From: an uncultured Chloroflexia bacterium
GTDB lineage: Bacteria > Chloroflexota > Anaerolineae > CG2-30-64-16
Assembly: GCA_963810095.1 (NCBI GenBank)
Contig: CAWEMM010000012.1
Span: 256,001 to 320,000 of the forward strand
Length of the DNA: 64,000 bases
Direction of reading: 5' to 3'
Position numbers and translations under genes: made by a program. Positions within the stretch are counted from its first letter, which is position 1. Each line of letters begins with the position of its first letter. The notes below the pieces were generated by a model. That model saw nothing but the letters and a program-made list of their open reading frames with translations. It was not told the origin of the DNA and made no database searches. Positions 47,311-55,288 of this stretch are shown here, piece after piece.

Positions 47311-48704
47311 CGCAGGCGACCCTGACGCCCGGGCAGCCCGTTCAGCGGAAAGCGGCTCCTTCCGCAGCCCTGCCGCGGCGACTGAAGCTGCTCTTCTCCA
47401 CGGGCGACCTCTCGACGAGCATCCCGCTCGCGATCCTGATGTTCTTCCAGCTCTTCTTCCTCACGGACGTCGCCCGGCTGCAGCCCGCGCTGGCCGCCTG
47501 GGCGATCGGCCTGCCGCGCATCTGGGATGCTATCAACGACCCCCTGATCGGCCTCATTTCCGACCGCATCCGCTCGCGCTGGGGCCGCCGGAGGGTGATG
47601 CTGTTGTTCGGCGCGGTCCCGCTCGGGCTGACCTTCATGGCGATGTGGTTCGTGCCGCCGTTCTCGCAGGCGGGCCTGGCCGTCTACTATGCGATCGTCT
47701 TCCTCCTCTTCGACACGGCATTCACGGTCGTCCACGTCGGATACAACGCTTTGACGCCCGAACTCACCAGCGACTATGACGAGCGTTCCTCGCTCAACGG
47801 CTACCGCATGGTCTTCTCCATCGCAGGCACCCTCGGCACGATCATTCTCGCAACCGTGCTTGGCTGGGTTATCGCCGACAAGCGGACCCTATTCGCCATC
47901 CTGGGCGTGACGCTGGGGTTCTTCTCCATGATCCCACCCCTGGTCGTGTTCCGAGTGACGCACGAGAAGCCGGCCGAGGAACTGCCGCCCCCGCTGCCGT
48001 GGGGCCAGGCGATCAAGGCGACGCTTGCCAATCGCCCGTTCCGGCTCGTGATGGGCCTGTATCTGCTCAGTTGGACGACCGCGAGCATCCTGGCCGCGGT
48101 CCTGATCTACTACGCATCCTACCGGCTTCGAGTGCCCGAGCAGGCCAACTACTTCGTCCTCGTGGCGCAGGGCATGGCGATCGTGTTCATCCCGCTCACC
48201 GTGTGGCTGGCGCGGCGGCTGGACAAACGCCGGGCGTTCATCATTGGATGCATCTCGTGGGTATTTGCGCTGCTGGGGATTGCGGCGCTCGGACCCGACC
48301 AGGTCAGCCTGGCCTACGCGCTGGCCGCGCTGTCGGGCTTCGGCATTGCGACGGCTTACGTGATCCCCTGGGCGATGGTGCCAGACGTGGTGGAGGTCGA
48401 CGAAGCGGAGACGGGCCAGCGCCGAGAAGGTTCGTACTACTCGTTTGCCTCCTTCTTTCAGAAGCTCGCCACGGCCGCCGCGCTGTGGGGACTAGGGCAA
48501 GGGCTCGCACTGTCGGGCTACATCACGCCTTCGGCCGGCAATGCGACGCCCATCCAGCCCCCGGTTGCGATCGCGGCGATCCGCCTCTTCACCGGCCCGA
48601 TTCCGGTCGTGCTGCTGCTGCTCGCAATCGTCTTCGCCTGGCGCTACCCGATCACCCGCGAGAGCCACGCCGCGCTCGTCGAGAAACTCGCATCCCGTGA
48701 CTGA
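47307..48704 (+). CDS. GPH-family (MelB-like) MFS symporter
   Basis: RIWDAINDPLIGLISDR.RSRWGRRR, ELTSDYDER, RREGSYY, QKLA. Confidence 0.9.
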   Translation: MTQATLTPGQPVQRKAAPSAALPRRLKLLFSTGDLSTSIPLAILMFFQLFFLTDVARLQPALAAWAIGLPRIWDAINDPLIGLISDRIRSRWGRRRVMLLFGAVPLGLTFMAMWFVPPFSQAGLAVYYAIVFLLFDTAFTVVHVGYNALTPELTSDYDERSSLNGYRMVFSIAGTLGTIILATVLGWVIADKRTLFAILGVTLGFFSMIPPLVVFRVTHEKPAEELPPPLPWGQAIKATLANRPFRLVMGLYLLSWTTASILAAVLIYYASYRLRVPEQANYFVLVAQGMAIVFIPLTVWLARRLDKRRAFIIGCISWVFALLGIAALGPDQVSLAYALAALSGFGIATAYVIPWAMVPDVVEVDEAETGQRREGSYYSFASFFQKLATAAALWGLGQGLALSGYITPSAGNATPIQPPVAIAAIRLFTGPIPVVLLLLAIVFAWRYPITRESHAALVEKLASRD

Positions 48705-49953
48705 CTTCGAGACCCTGGCCGTCCACGCGGGCGAGGAAGCCGACCCATCGACCGGCGCCCTCCGCCTGCCGCTCCACATGGCGACCACGTTCAAGCTGCC
48801 GCCGTTCGGCGGGCGGCTGTTCGAGGCACTGACGCTGTCCTCGCCAGGCGCGCCCCACGCCTACACCCGCTGGAGCAACCCGACGGTGCGCGGCCTGGAG
48901 GAACGGCTCGCGGCGCTCGAAGGGACGGAGGGGGCGCTCGTCACCGCGACGGGCATGGCGGCAATCTCGGCGCTGGCCTTCACCCTTCTGTCGGCTGGCG
49001 ATCACCTGGTCGCATCGGAAGTCTGCTACGCGGGCGCGGTCGAGCTGTTCGGCCTGCACCTGCCGCGCTTCGGCATCGAGGTCAGCCTGGTTGACACGTC
49101 TGATGTGGAGCAAGTGGCGGCCGCGCTGCGCCCGAACACCAAACTGGTCTACGTGGAGACGCCCGCCAATCCGATCCTGCGGATCGCGGACATCGCGGCG
49201 CTCGCACAGGTCAGCCATGCACGGGGCATTCCCTTGGCCGTCGACTCGACGTGGGCCGGCCCAGTCCTGCAGCACCCTGCCGGACTCGGCGCCGATTATG
49301 TCATCCACTCCCTCACCAAGTACCTGAACGGGCACGGCGACGCGCTGGGCGGCGCGATCTGCGGCCGCAGTGCGGCCCTCCACAAGATCCGGCAGGACGC
49401 GTTGGTGCACCTGGGCGGTGCGGCGAGCCCGTTCAACGCGTGGCTGATCCTGCGCGGGCTGGCGACGCTGCCCTTGCGAATGGCGCAGCACTCGGCCGGC
49501 GCGCTGCAAGTCGCCGAGTTTTTGACGGCGCACCCTGCGGTCAAGCGGGTGTGCTACCCCGGCCTCACCTCGCATCCACACCACGAGCTGGCTGCACGCC
49601 AGATGAGCGCGGGCGGTGGTATGATTACGTTCGAGCTGAGCGGCGGGCTGGGCGCGGCGATCACCTTGGCCGAGCGGATCAAGCTCTGGTCCTATGCCAC
49701 GTCGCTGGGCCACGCACACAGCCTGCTCTTCTATTATCCCACCGACCTGTACGTCGACGCGGCGCCCTATCTGTCGACCGCTCAAAAGGCGCGCATCCGC
49801 GAATGGACCGGCGACGGGATCGTGCGGGCCAGCGTCGGGCTGGAGTCGCCGCGCGACCTGATTGCCGACCTGGACCAGGCGCTGCGCGGCCGGTCGTTCA
49901 AAGGTTGGGTCGGACCGCTCGCCTACCGGCTTGCGGCCCGGCGGTCAAAATAA
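48697..49953 (+). CDS. Cys/Met-metabolism PLP-dependent lyase/synthase
   Basis: TLAVHAG, YTRWSNPT, TGMAAI, ETPANP, HSLTKYLNGHGD, RASVGLE. Confidence 0.92.
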   Translation: MTDFETLAVHAGEEADPSTGALRLPLHMATTFKLPPFGGRLFEALTLSSPGAPHAYTRWSNPTVRGLEERLAALEGTEGALVTATGMAAISALAFTLLSAGDHLVASEVCYAGAVELFGLHLPRFGIEVSLVDTSDVEQVAAALRPNTKLVYVETPANPILRIADIAALAQVSHARGIPLAVDSTWAGPVLQHPAGLGADYVIHSLTKYLNGHGDALGGAICGRSAALHKIRQDALVHLGGAASPFNAWLILRGLATLPLRMAQHSAGALQVAEFLTAHPAVKRVCYPGLTSHPHHELAARQMSAGGGMITFELSGGLGAAITLAERIKLWSYATSLGHAHSLLFYYPTDLYVDAAPYLSTAQKARIREWTGDGIVRASVGLESPRDLIADLDQALRGRSFKGWVGPLAYRLAARRSK

Positions 49954-49976
49954 CGCGGACGCCCAAAGGAGGTCTG

Positions 49977-50692
49977 ATGAGCGTACGGTACGCATTCCTG
50001 CTGCTGGAAGAGCACCCGTGGGGCGCGAGCTGCTGCGCGCACTGCTCGAACGCGGGTACGAGCCTGACCTGATCCTCCAGGAAGTCTCGGAGGTGGCGGG
50101 CATCGAGCGCGAGAAGTTCCTGGCGCGCATGGCAGGCCAGTGCCTCGCTCCCCGCGTCGCCGAGCAGGTCCGCGAGCGGGTCATCCCGGTCTGGTACGTG
50201 AGCAACCACAACAACGACTTCTGCGGCGAGCTGCTGGCGGCCGACCCGCCCGACCTGCTCGTGCTGGGCGGCACGCGCATTCTGCGCGAGACAATCCTCG
50301 ACGTGCCGCTCATCGCCACCGTCAACGCACATCCCGGCCTGCTGCCAACCCTGCGCGGCTCATCCTCGGTGGGCTGGGCGCTGTACAAGGACCTCCCTCA
50401 GGGTGCGACCACGCACTTCGTCGACACCCATATCGACGAGGGCGATGTCATCCTGCGGCAAGCGCTGCCCGTGCAGCGCGGCGACACCTATGAAAGCATC
50501 AACGGGCGCATTGCGCGGCTGGCCGGTGAGCTGATGGCCGACACCCTGGCCTACTTCGAGCGCGGCGCAGTGCCGCGCACACCCCAGGACCGGACGGAAG
50601 GCGAGACGTTCACCGTCATTCCGGAAGACCTGCTGGCTGAAGGGAAGCGGCGCCTGGCGGATGGAACCTACTCGCACTTTGCCGAGCAGTAG
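49977..50692 (+). CDS. Formyltransferase (N-terminal Fmt/PurN domain only; one frameshift)
   Basis: NAHPGLLP.LRG, GATTHFVD..IDEGD. Confidence 0.85.
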
Positions 50693-51587
50693 CGACGCGG
50701 GGCTACTCGACCGGCGGGCTGCGCGGCGGGCGCCCTGGTTCCTGGTGCTCTGCGCAGTCCTGTGGAGCACCAGCGGGCTGTTTATCAAGCTGGTCGGGTG
50801 GCAGCCGCTCTCGATCATCTGCCTGCGCAGTGCGGTCGCGGCGGTCGTGCTGCTCGCGTTCCTGGCGCTCAGCCGCCGCGCGGGCGACCCGTCGGCCCCA
50901 CGGCTGTTCACCCGCCTGACCGCGCTCGAACTGCTGGGCGCTGCGTGCTACGTCACGACCCAGCTCACCTTCGTCACCGCGACGAAGCTCACTACCGCGG
51001 CAAACGCAATCTTCCTCCAGTACACGGCCCCGCTCTACGTCCTGCTGTTCGGCTGGTTCTTTCTCCACGAACGGCCGCGGCGCGCGGACTGGCTGACCAT
51101 GCCCCTGATCTTCCTCGGCCTCCTGCTCTTCCTGGGCCAAGGCCTCACGCTCCAGGGCCTCACGCAGCCGGGCATGGCGGGGAACCTCTTGGGCGTCATC
51201 AGCGGTGTGACGTTAGCCGGCATGATGATCTGCACGCGTGGGCAGGGCGGGCTGGCCGTCCGGACCTTTCTGATCGGCATGCTGGCCGGTGCGGTGATTG
51301 GGCTGCCGTCGCTGCTCGCAGAGACCATCACCCTGCCCGACGTAGCCATGGTGACCTATCTCGGGGTGTTTCAAATGGGGCTGGCGCTGGTCTTCTACAC
51401 GGTTGGCATCCGGTCCGTCCCGGCCCTGGAGGCGACGCTGATCCTCACGCTCGAGCCGGTGCTGAACCCCGTGTGGGTGTTTCTGGCAATCGGGGAGGCG
51501 CCCGGTGCGCTGGCGCTGCTCGGCGGCGCACTTGTGCTGGCAGCGGTGATCGTGCGAGCCGTTCTGGGGGCGCGGGCTGCCCGCTGA
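50661..51587 (+). CDS. EamA/DMT family transporter (start uncertain)
   Basis: LWSTSGLFIK, TTAANAIFLQYTAP, LEPVLNPVWV. Confidence 0.88.
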   Translation: MEPTRTLPSSSDAGLLDRRAARRAPWFLVLCAVLWSTSGLFIKLVGWQPLSIICLRSAVAAVVLLAFLALSRRAGDPSAPRLFTRLTALELLGAACYVTTQLTFVTATKLTTAANAIFLQYTAPLYVLLFGWFFLHERPRRADWLTMPLIFLGLLLFLGQGLTLQGLTQPGMAGNLLGVISGVTLAGMMICTRGQGGLAVRTFLIGMLAGAVIGLPSLLAETITLPDVAMVTYLGVFQMGLALVFYTVGIRSVPALEATLILTLEPVLNPVWVFLAIGEAPGALALLGGALVLAAVIVRAVLGARAAR

Positions 51588-51605
51588 CAGCCGTCCGCCG
51601 AGGTG

Positions 51606-52052
51606 CTATAGCGTCCGGGCCGGCTTCAAGCGCTCCCACGGCTCAACCTCTCCCTGGACGACGTTAAACAGCGGGTGCGGCTCGGGCAGCACCAGCCCTT
51701 CCAGCTTTGCGTGCCATTGCGGCCCGCGCTGCTCCAGCTTCGCCCTCAGGTGCGCCAACTCATGGACCAGCTGCCCCTCGGTCACAGGCAGGCACTCGAC
51801 CGGCAGCCGGTCGCCGAGCTTGTCTACGTCAAAGTGGTACCCGCGCCGCGTTCCCTCTTCCCACAGCTCCCACAGGTACGCTTCCAGCGCCGCCAGCGGG
51901 TTCTCGGCCTTGCGAAAGCGGTCGAGCTGCGGGTGGTTTCGGTAGCCCTTGGTCTGGTTGCGCAGGACGGCGCGCGCCAACAGCGCTTCCCGCCAGCAGG
52001 CGACCAGCCCTTGTGGGTCCAGGTACTTCGGGTGAATCGACCAGAGCCGCAT
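51606..52052 (-). CDS. Pyrimidine dimer DNA glycosylase / endonuclease V-like protein
   Basis: MRLWSIHPKYLD..GLVACWREALLA..GYRNHPQLDRF. Confidence 0.85.
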   Translation of the reverse strand: MRLWSIHPKYLDPQGLVACWREALLARAVLRNQTKGYRNHPQLDRFRKAENPLAALEAYLWELWEEGTRRGYHFDVDKLGDRLPVECLPVTEGQLVHELAHLRAKLEQRGPQWHAKLEGLVLPEPHPLFNVVQGEVEPWERLKPARTL

Positions 52053-52070
52053 CGTCCGTATTCCTTACAC

Positions 52071-52115
52071 AAAAAGACCCCCGGGGCAGCCCTGCGACGA
52101 GCAACCCCGGAGGTC
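52071..52115 (-). terminator. Intrinsic terminator after LysM gene
   Basis: Minus strand GACCTCCGGGG..CCCCGGGGGTCTTTTT. Confidence 0.65.
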
Positions 52116-52134
52116 GAGTCTTCCGTCTATACCG

Positions 52135-53382
52135 CTACCACCAACAAGCCGGCGTCAGCGAGCCGACGCTCGAGAGCGGCACCCACACATTGGGATTGGC
52201 GCCGGGCACAGGGCCGATGAAGAACCAAAGCATGTTGTTCTGACTGCCGTCTTTTGCGCCGCGGGTGGCCACAAAGGTGCCCGGATTGGCGAAGGTGCCC
52301 AACTGCGTCCCGCCAACCTGGGCGTAGAATGGCTGTCCTACGAGGATTGCGACCCGGCACTGCTGTCCCTGGTAATCCTTATATACGACGGTACCGCTAC
52401 CGCCCCCCGGGCTGAACGTGACAGGGACGCTGACCGCCTGTGCATTCGGCGTCTGGGGCGCGTACGCCACGACGAAGCCGGCAGTTGGCTGGGGCACGCT
52501 GACGGTTAGCTGCACGGAGAACGTGCCCGGACCGCCTGCGCCCACATTCGTACCCTGCAGCGTCGTCGGCACTTCGGCAAGAACCACGCCCAGGTTGGTA
52601 ACCGCACGGACGACCAGCGAGCCCTCAAACAACCCCTGCCCACTGCCCGTTACCGTAAAGGTCGGCGGCAGCGTCGCGTTCGGCGCCGGGAGGGTAATCT
52701 GGATGCGGGATTGGACCGGCGTGGGAACGGTTGGAATGGGCGTGATCGGGATCACGGTCGGCACGACGACGGGCGGACAGTTGTTGCCGGGGTACGACGG
52801 CTGGCACGGCTGGATAGGCGGCAGCGGCTGGCAGTTGTTCCAACCGCCGCAGCTGGGGATCACCAGGCGCTGGCCCGCCCAGATGAACCAGGGGTTAATG
52901 CCGTTCGCCTGGCAGAGCGTGTTCACAGTGATGCCGAATCGCTGGGCAATGGACCACGACGTGTCGCCCAGCGCGACGGTGTAAATGTTGCCGTTAAGCC
53001 AACCGCGGGCGTGCAGGGTCGGGCCCCTGTCGCAGCCTCCACTCGGGCACCCCCCGCAGTTCGGGCCGGTGCACCCGCCGCAGTTCCATCCGGTGCATCC
53101 GCCGCAGTTCGGGCCGGTGCACCCGCCGCCACCGCCGCACTGGTTGACCACCCGCAGCTGCATGCCGGGATAGAGCATGTTCGGATTCGAGATCACCGCG
53201 CCGTTGAGGTTAGTCAACTCCTGCACGCTCATGCAGTAACGGGTCGCGATGCTGTACGCCGTGTCGCCGGGCTGCACGACATAGATCGTGATCTGGCCGG
53301 CCTGCGCGCTCGCCGCAAGCGGCGTGACGCTCAACAGGAGCACCGTGAGCAAAACGACCGAGATGGGAACCAGGCGCTTCAT
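52135..53382 (-). CDS. Secreted protein with two LysM domains, Cys/Gly repeats and Gmad2-like Ig domain
   Basis: YVVQPGDTAYSIA, YTVALGDTSWSIAQRFG, CTGxNCGG x3, VTGSGQGLFEGSL. Confidence 0.85.
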   Translation of the reverse strand: MKRLVPISVVLLTVLLLSVTPLAASAQAGQITIYVVQPGDTAYSIATRYCMSVQELTNLNGAVISNPNMLYPGMQLRVVNQCGGGGGCTGPNCGGCTGWNCGGCTGPNCGGCPSGGCDRGPTLHARGWLNGNIYTVALGDTSWSIAQRFGITVNTLCQANGINPWFIWAGQRLVIPSCGGWNNCQPLPPIQPCQPSYPGNNCPPVVVPTVIPITPIPTVPTPVQSRIQITLPAPNATLPPTFTVTGSGQGLFEGSLVVRAVTNLGVVLAEVPTTLQGTNVGAGGPGTFSVQLTVSVPQPTAGFVVAYAPQTPNAQAVSVPVTFSPGGGSGTVVYKDYQGQQCRVAILVGQPFYAQVGGTQLGTFANPGTFVATRGAKDGSQNNMLWFFIGPVPGANPNVWVPLSSVGSLTPACWW

Positions 53383-53428
53383 GCGGCCCTCCTCGCAATG
53401 CAGGTTGCTCGCTGATAGGTTCGATGAC

Positions 53429-53457
53429 ACTATAGCAGAAAAGCACCGCAATTGCAA
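53429..53457 (-). promoter_or_regulatory. Sigma70-type promoter of LysM gene
   Basis: TTGCAA-17 bp-TATAGT with extended TG. Confidence 0.7.
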
Positions 53458-53471
53458 GAAGTAAATATTAT

Positions 53472-54767
53472 TTAGTTGGCACGAACCACCGGCACTTTTC
53501 CGGTGTGGGCGGCAATGGTCACCGACGCAGCCACCCAGGCCTGCTTGTCCTTGAGCTGCACTTGCCACCAGGCCCGGTCCGACGTGACGCCCACCACCGG
53601 GAGGCTGTCGCCGGGCTTCATCTTCCCAACCACGAGCGCACCGGTGCGGGGCCCTGCCCGCAGGTTCACTTCGCTGCCGCCCGCGTAGACCCGAGGACCG
53701 CTTTTCGGCGACAGATCAACCGGCGCACGCAGCCAGCGGTCGAAGAATGCGACGGTGGACTTCATCGCCTCGGCAAAGTGGCGGCTGATGTTATGGTCGT
53801 CTCCGCGGTATTCCCGCAGCGAGATGGGCATTCCCGCGGCCGCCCCCTGATCGTAAAGCAGTTCGGAGAACTCGACCGGCACGACCGGATCGCCTTGCGC
53901 ATGGTGCAGTTGGATCGGTCCGGCCAGATCGTCGAGAAAGTAATTGGCGGAAAGGTCCTGCCAGAGGGCCGGATTGGCCGGTGGGAGCGGGTGCGCGGTG
54001 TAGAGACTCATGCCGTTGCTGCGCGCGGCGTAGAGCGAATCTGCGGACAGTTTGTCGCCGGGCCGGCCCGCCCACACCAATTCCTCGTAGCCGGCGACCA
54101 CGCCACCCCAGATCACCCCGGCCTTGATGTCGGGCGAGGACACCATCGCTCGCAGCGTGATCCAACCGCCCATCGAATGCCCCCACATGCCGATGCGTCC
54201 GGGATCGACCTCGCTAAAACGCTTGAGGGAGGAAACTGCGTTCAGCACGTCGATGGTGTAGGCCGGCGACTGGTAGGGACCGGGCGCCTGGCCTGCGGAG
54301 TGGCCGTGGCCGCGGTAATCCGGCTTGAAGACCACGTAGCCGGCCCGGGCAAGGGCATCGACGTAGGCCACGTAGCGCTCGGTGGTCACGTACTCCTTTG
54401 GGGGGATGTAACCATGATTGAACACGATCGTCGGCCAGCCGGAAGCAGGCCGCTTGCCGGCCGGCACGGTCAGGAGCCCGTATTGTTTCAGACCTTCGGA
54501 AGTGTAGGAGGCAATGTAGCGGTAATAGTTCACTCCGGACGCAAGCTTCTGCTCAATTTTCAGATCGCTGCCCGGATACTTCTGCTGCTTCAAGTACGTG
54601 ATAGACAGCTCGTCTGAGCGGTCGTGGGAGACAACACTGTCGGCTGAGGGGCTTCGGACCGCGCCTGGGGACGGACGCGCCTCGCTCACACCCGTGGTGG
54701 CACACACGAGGACGAGGCAGATCAGAAGCACCGGCAGCCGCACGCGGGGGAAGTGCAAGCCGGTCAT
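53472..54767 (-). CDS. Secreted alpha/beta hydrolase (S9-like) with C-terminal SH3b domain
   Basis: NHGYIPP, PDYRGHG, GHSMGG, D (GDPVVP), H (DDHN); VNLRAGP..WWQV..AWV. Confidence 0.88.
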   Translation of the reverse strand: MTGLHFPRVRLPVLLICLVLVCATTGVSEARPSPGAVRSPSADSVVSHDRSDELSITYLKQQKYPGSDLKIEQKLASGVNYYRYIASYTSEGLKQYGLLTVPAGKRPASGWPTIVFNHGYIPPKEYVTTERYVAYVDALARAGYVVFKPDYRGHGHSAGQAPGPYQSPAYTIDVLNAVSSLKRFSEVDPGRIGMWGHSMGGWITLRAMVSSPDIKAGVIWGGVVAGYEELVWAGRPGDKLSADSLYAARSNGMSLYTAHPLPPANPALWQDLSANYFLDDLAGPIQLHHAQGDPVVPVEFSELLYDQGAAAGMPISLREYRGDDHNISRHFAEAMKSTVAFFDRWLRAPVDLSPKSGPRVYAGGSEVNLRAGPRTGALVVGKMKPGDSLPVVGVTSDRAWWQVQLKDKQAWVAASVTIAAHTGKVPVVRAN

Positions 54768-55288
54768 GGGTGTTTTCCTCTGTGGGATGATTGGGACGCG
54801 GCTGTACGCTCACCCTGCTGCCTGCACCGATCGAGCCGTCGCATCAGGTGCCGAGCGACGCGGTGGCTCCCTGTGAGGAGGTTCCCGATTGGAGCAAAGC
54901 CGGCCAGGTTGGTGGCCCGGATAACGCCCCGCCACTCGGTGCAGCTTGTGAGCCAATGCTCCCAAGCGGAACGCCGCAACTGGACGAGATCCCGGCTCGA
55001 CTGCCGAAGATTAAGGGCAGCCATGACAGAGGATGAATGTAAGGTCAGTTTAGCATAGGGGGGCAGAATTACAAAACTATCAGATGACCGCTCGGGCGTT
55101 TGACAACATGCACATGCAGAGATCGACCCGGGACGGCGGAAATGTGTTGGCCGAAACAGTCGGCGCGGCCCGCGCCTGATAGAGTCTCTGTGAAAACTCG
55201 ATCAACGGGCGATCTTCGCATAGAATGACGCGGGCACCCCTTCTGACTGGGGCTTGGTATCCGTTAGCATCAAAGTAAGCGAGGCATC

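Noticed and set aside
54770-55030. c-di-AMP or cobalamin riboswitch
   Set aside because: Only fragments resemble the consensus; CAGCTAAC and the B12 box are absent.
55040-55288. yybP-ykoY riboswitch upstream of the P-type ATPase
   Set aside because: The GGGGAGTA core is not present.
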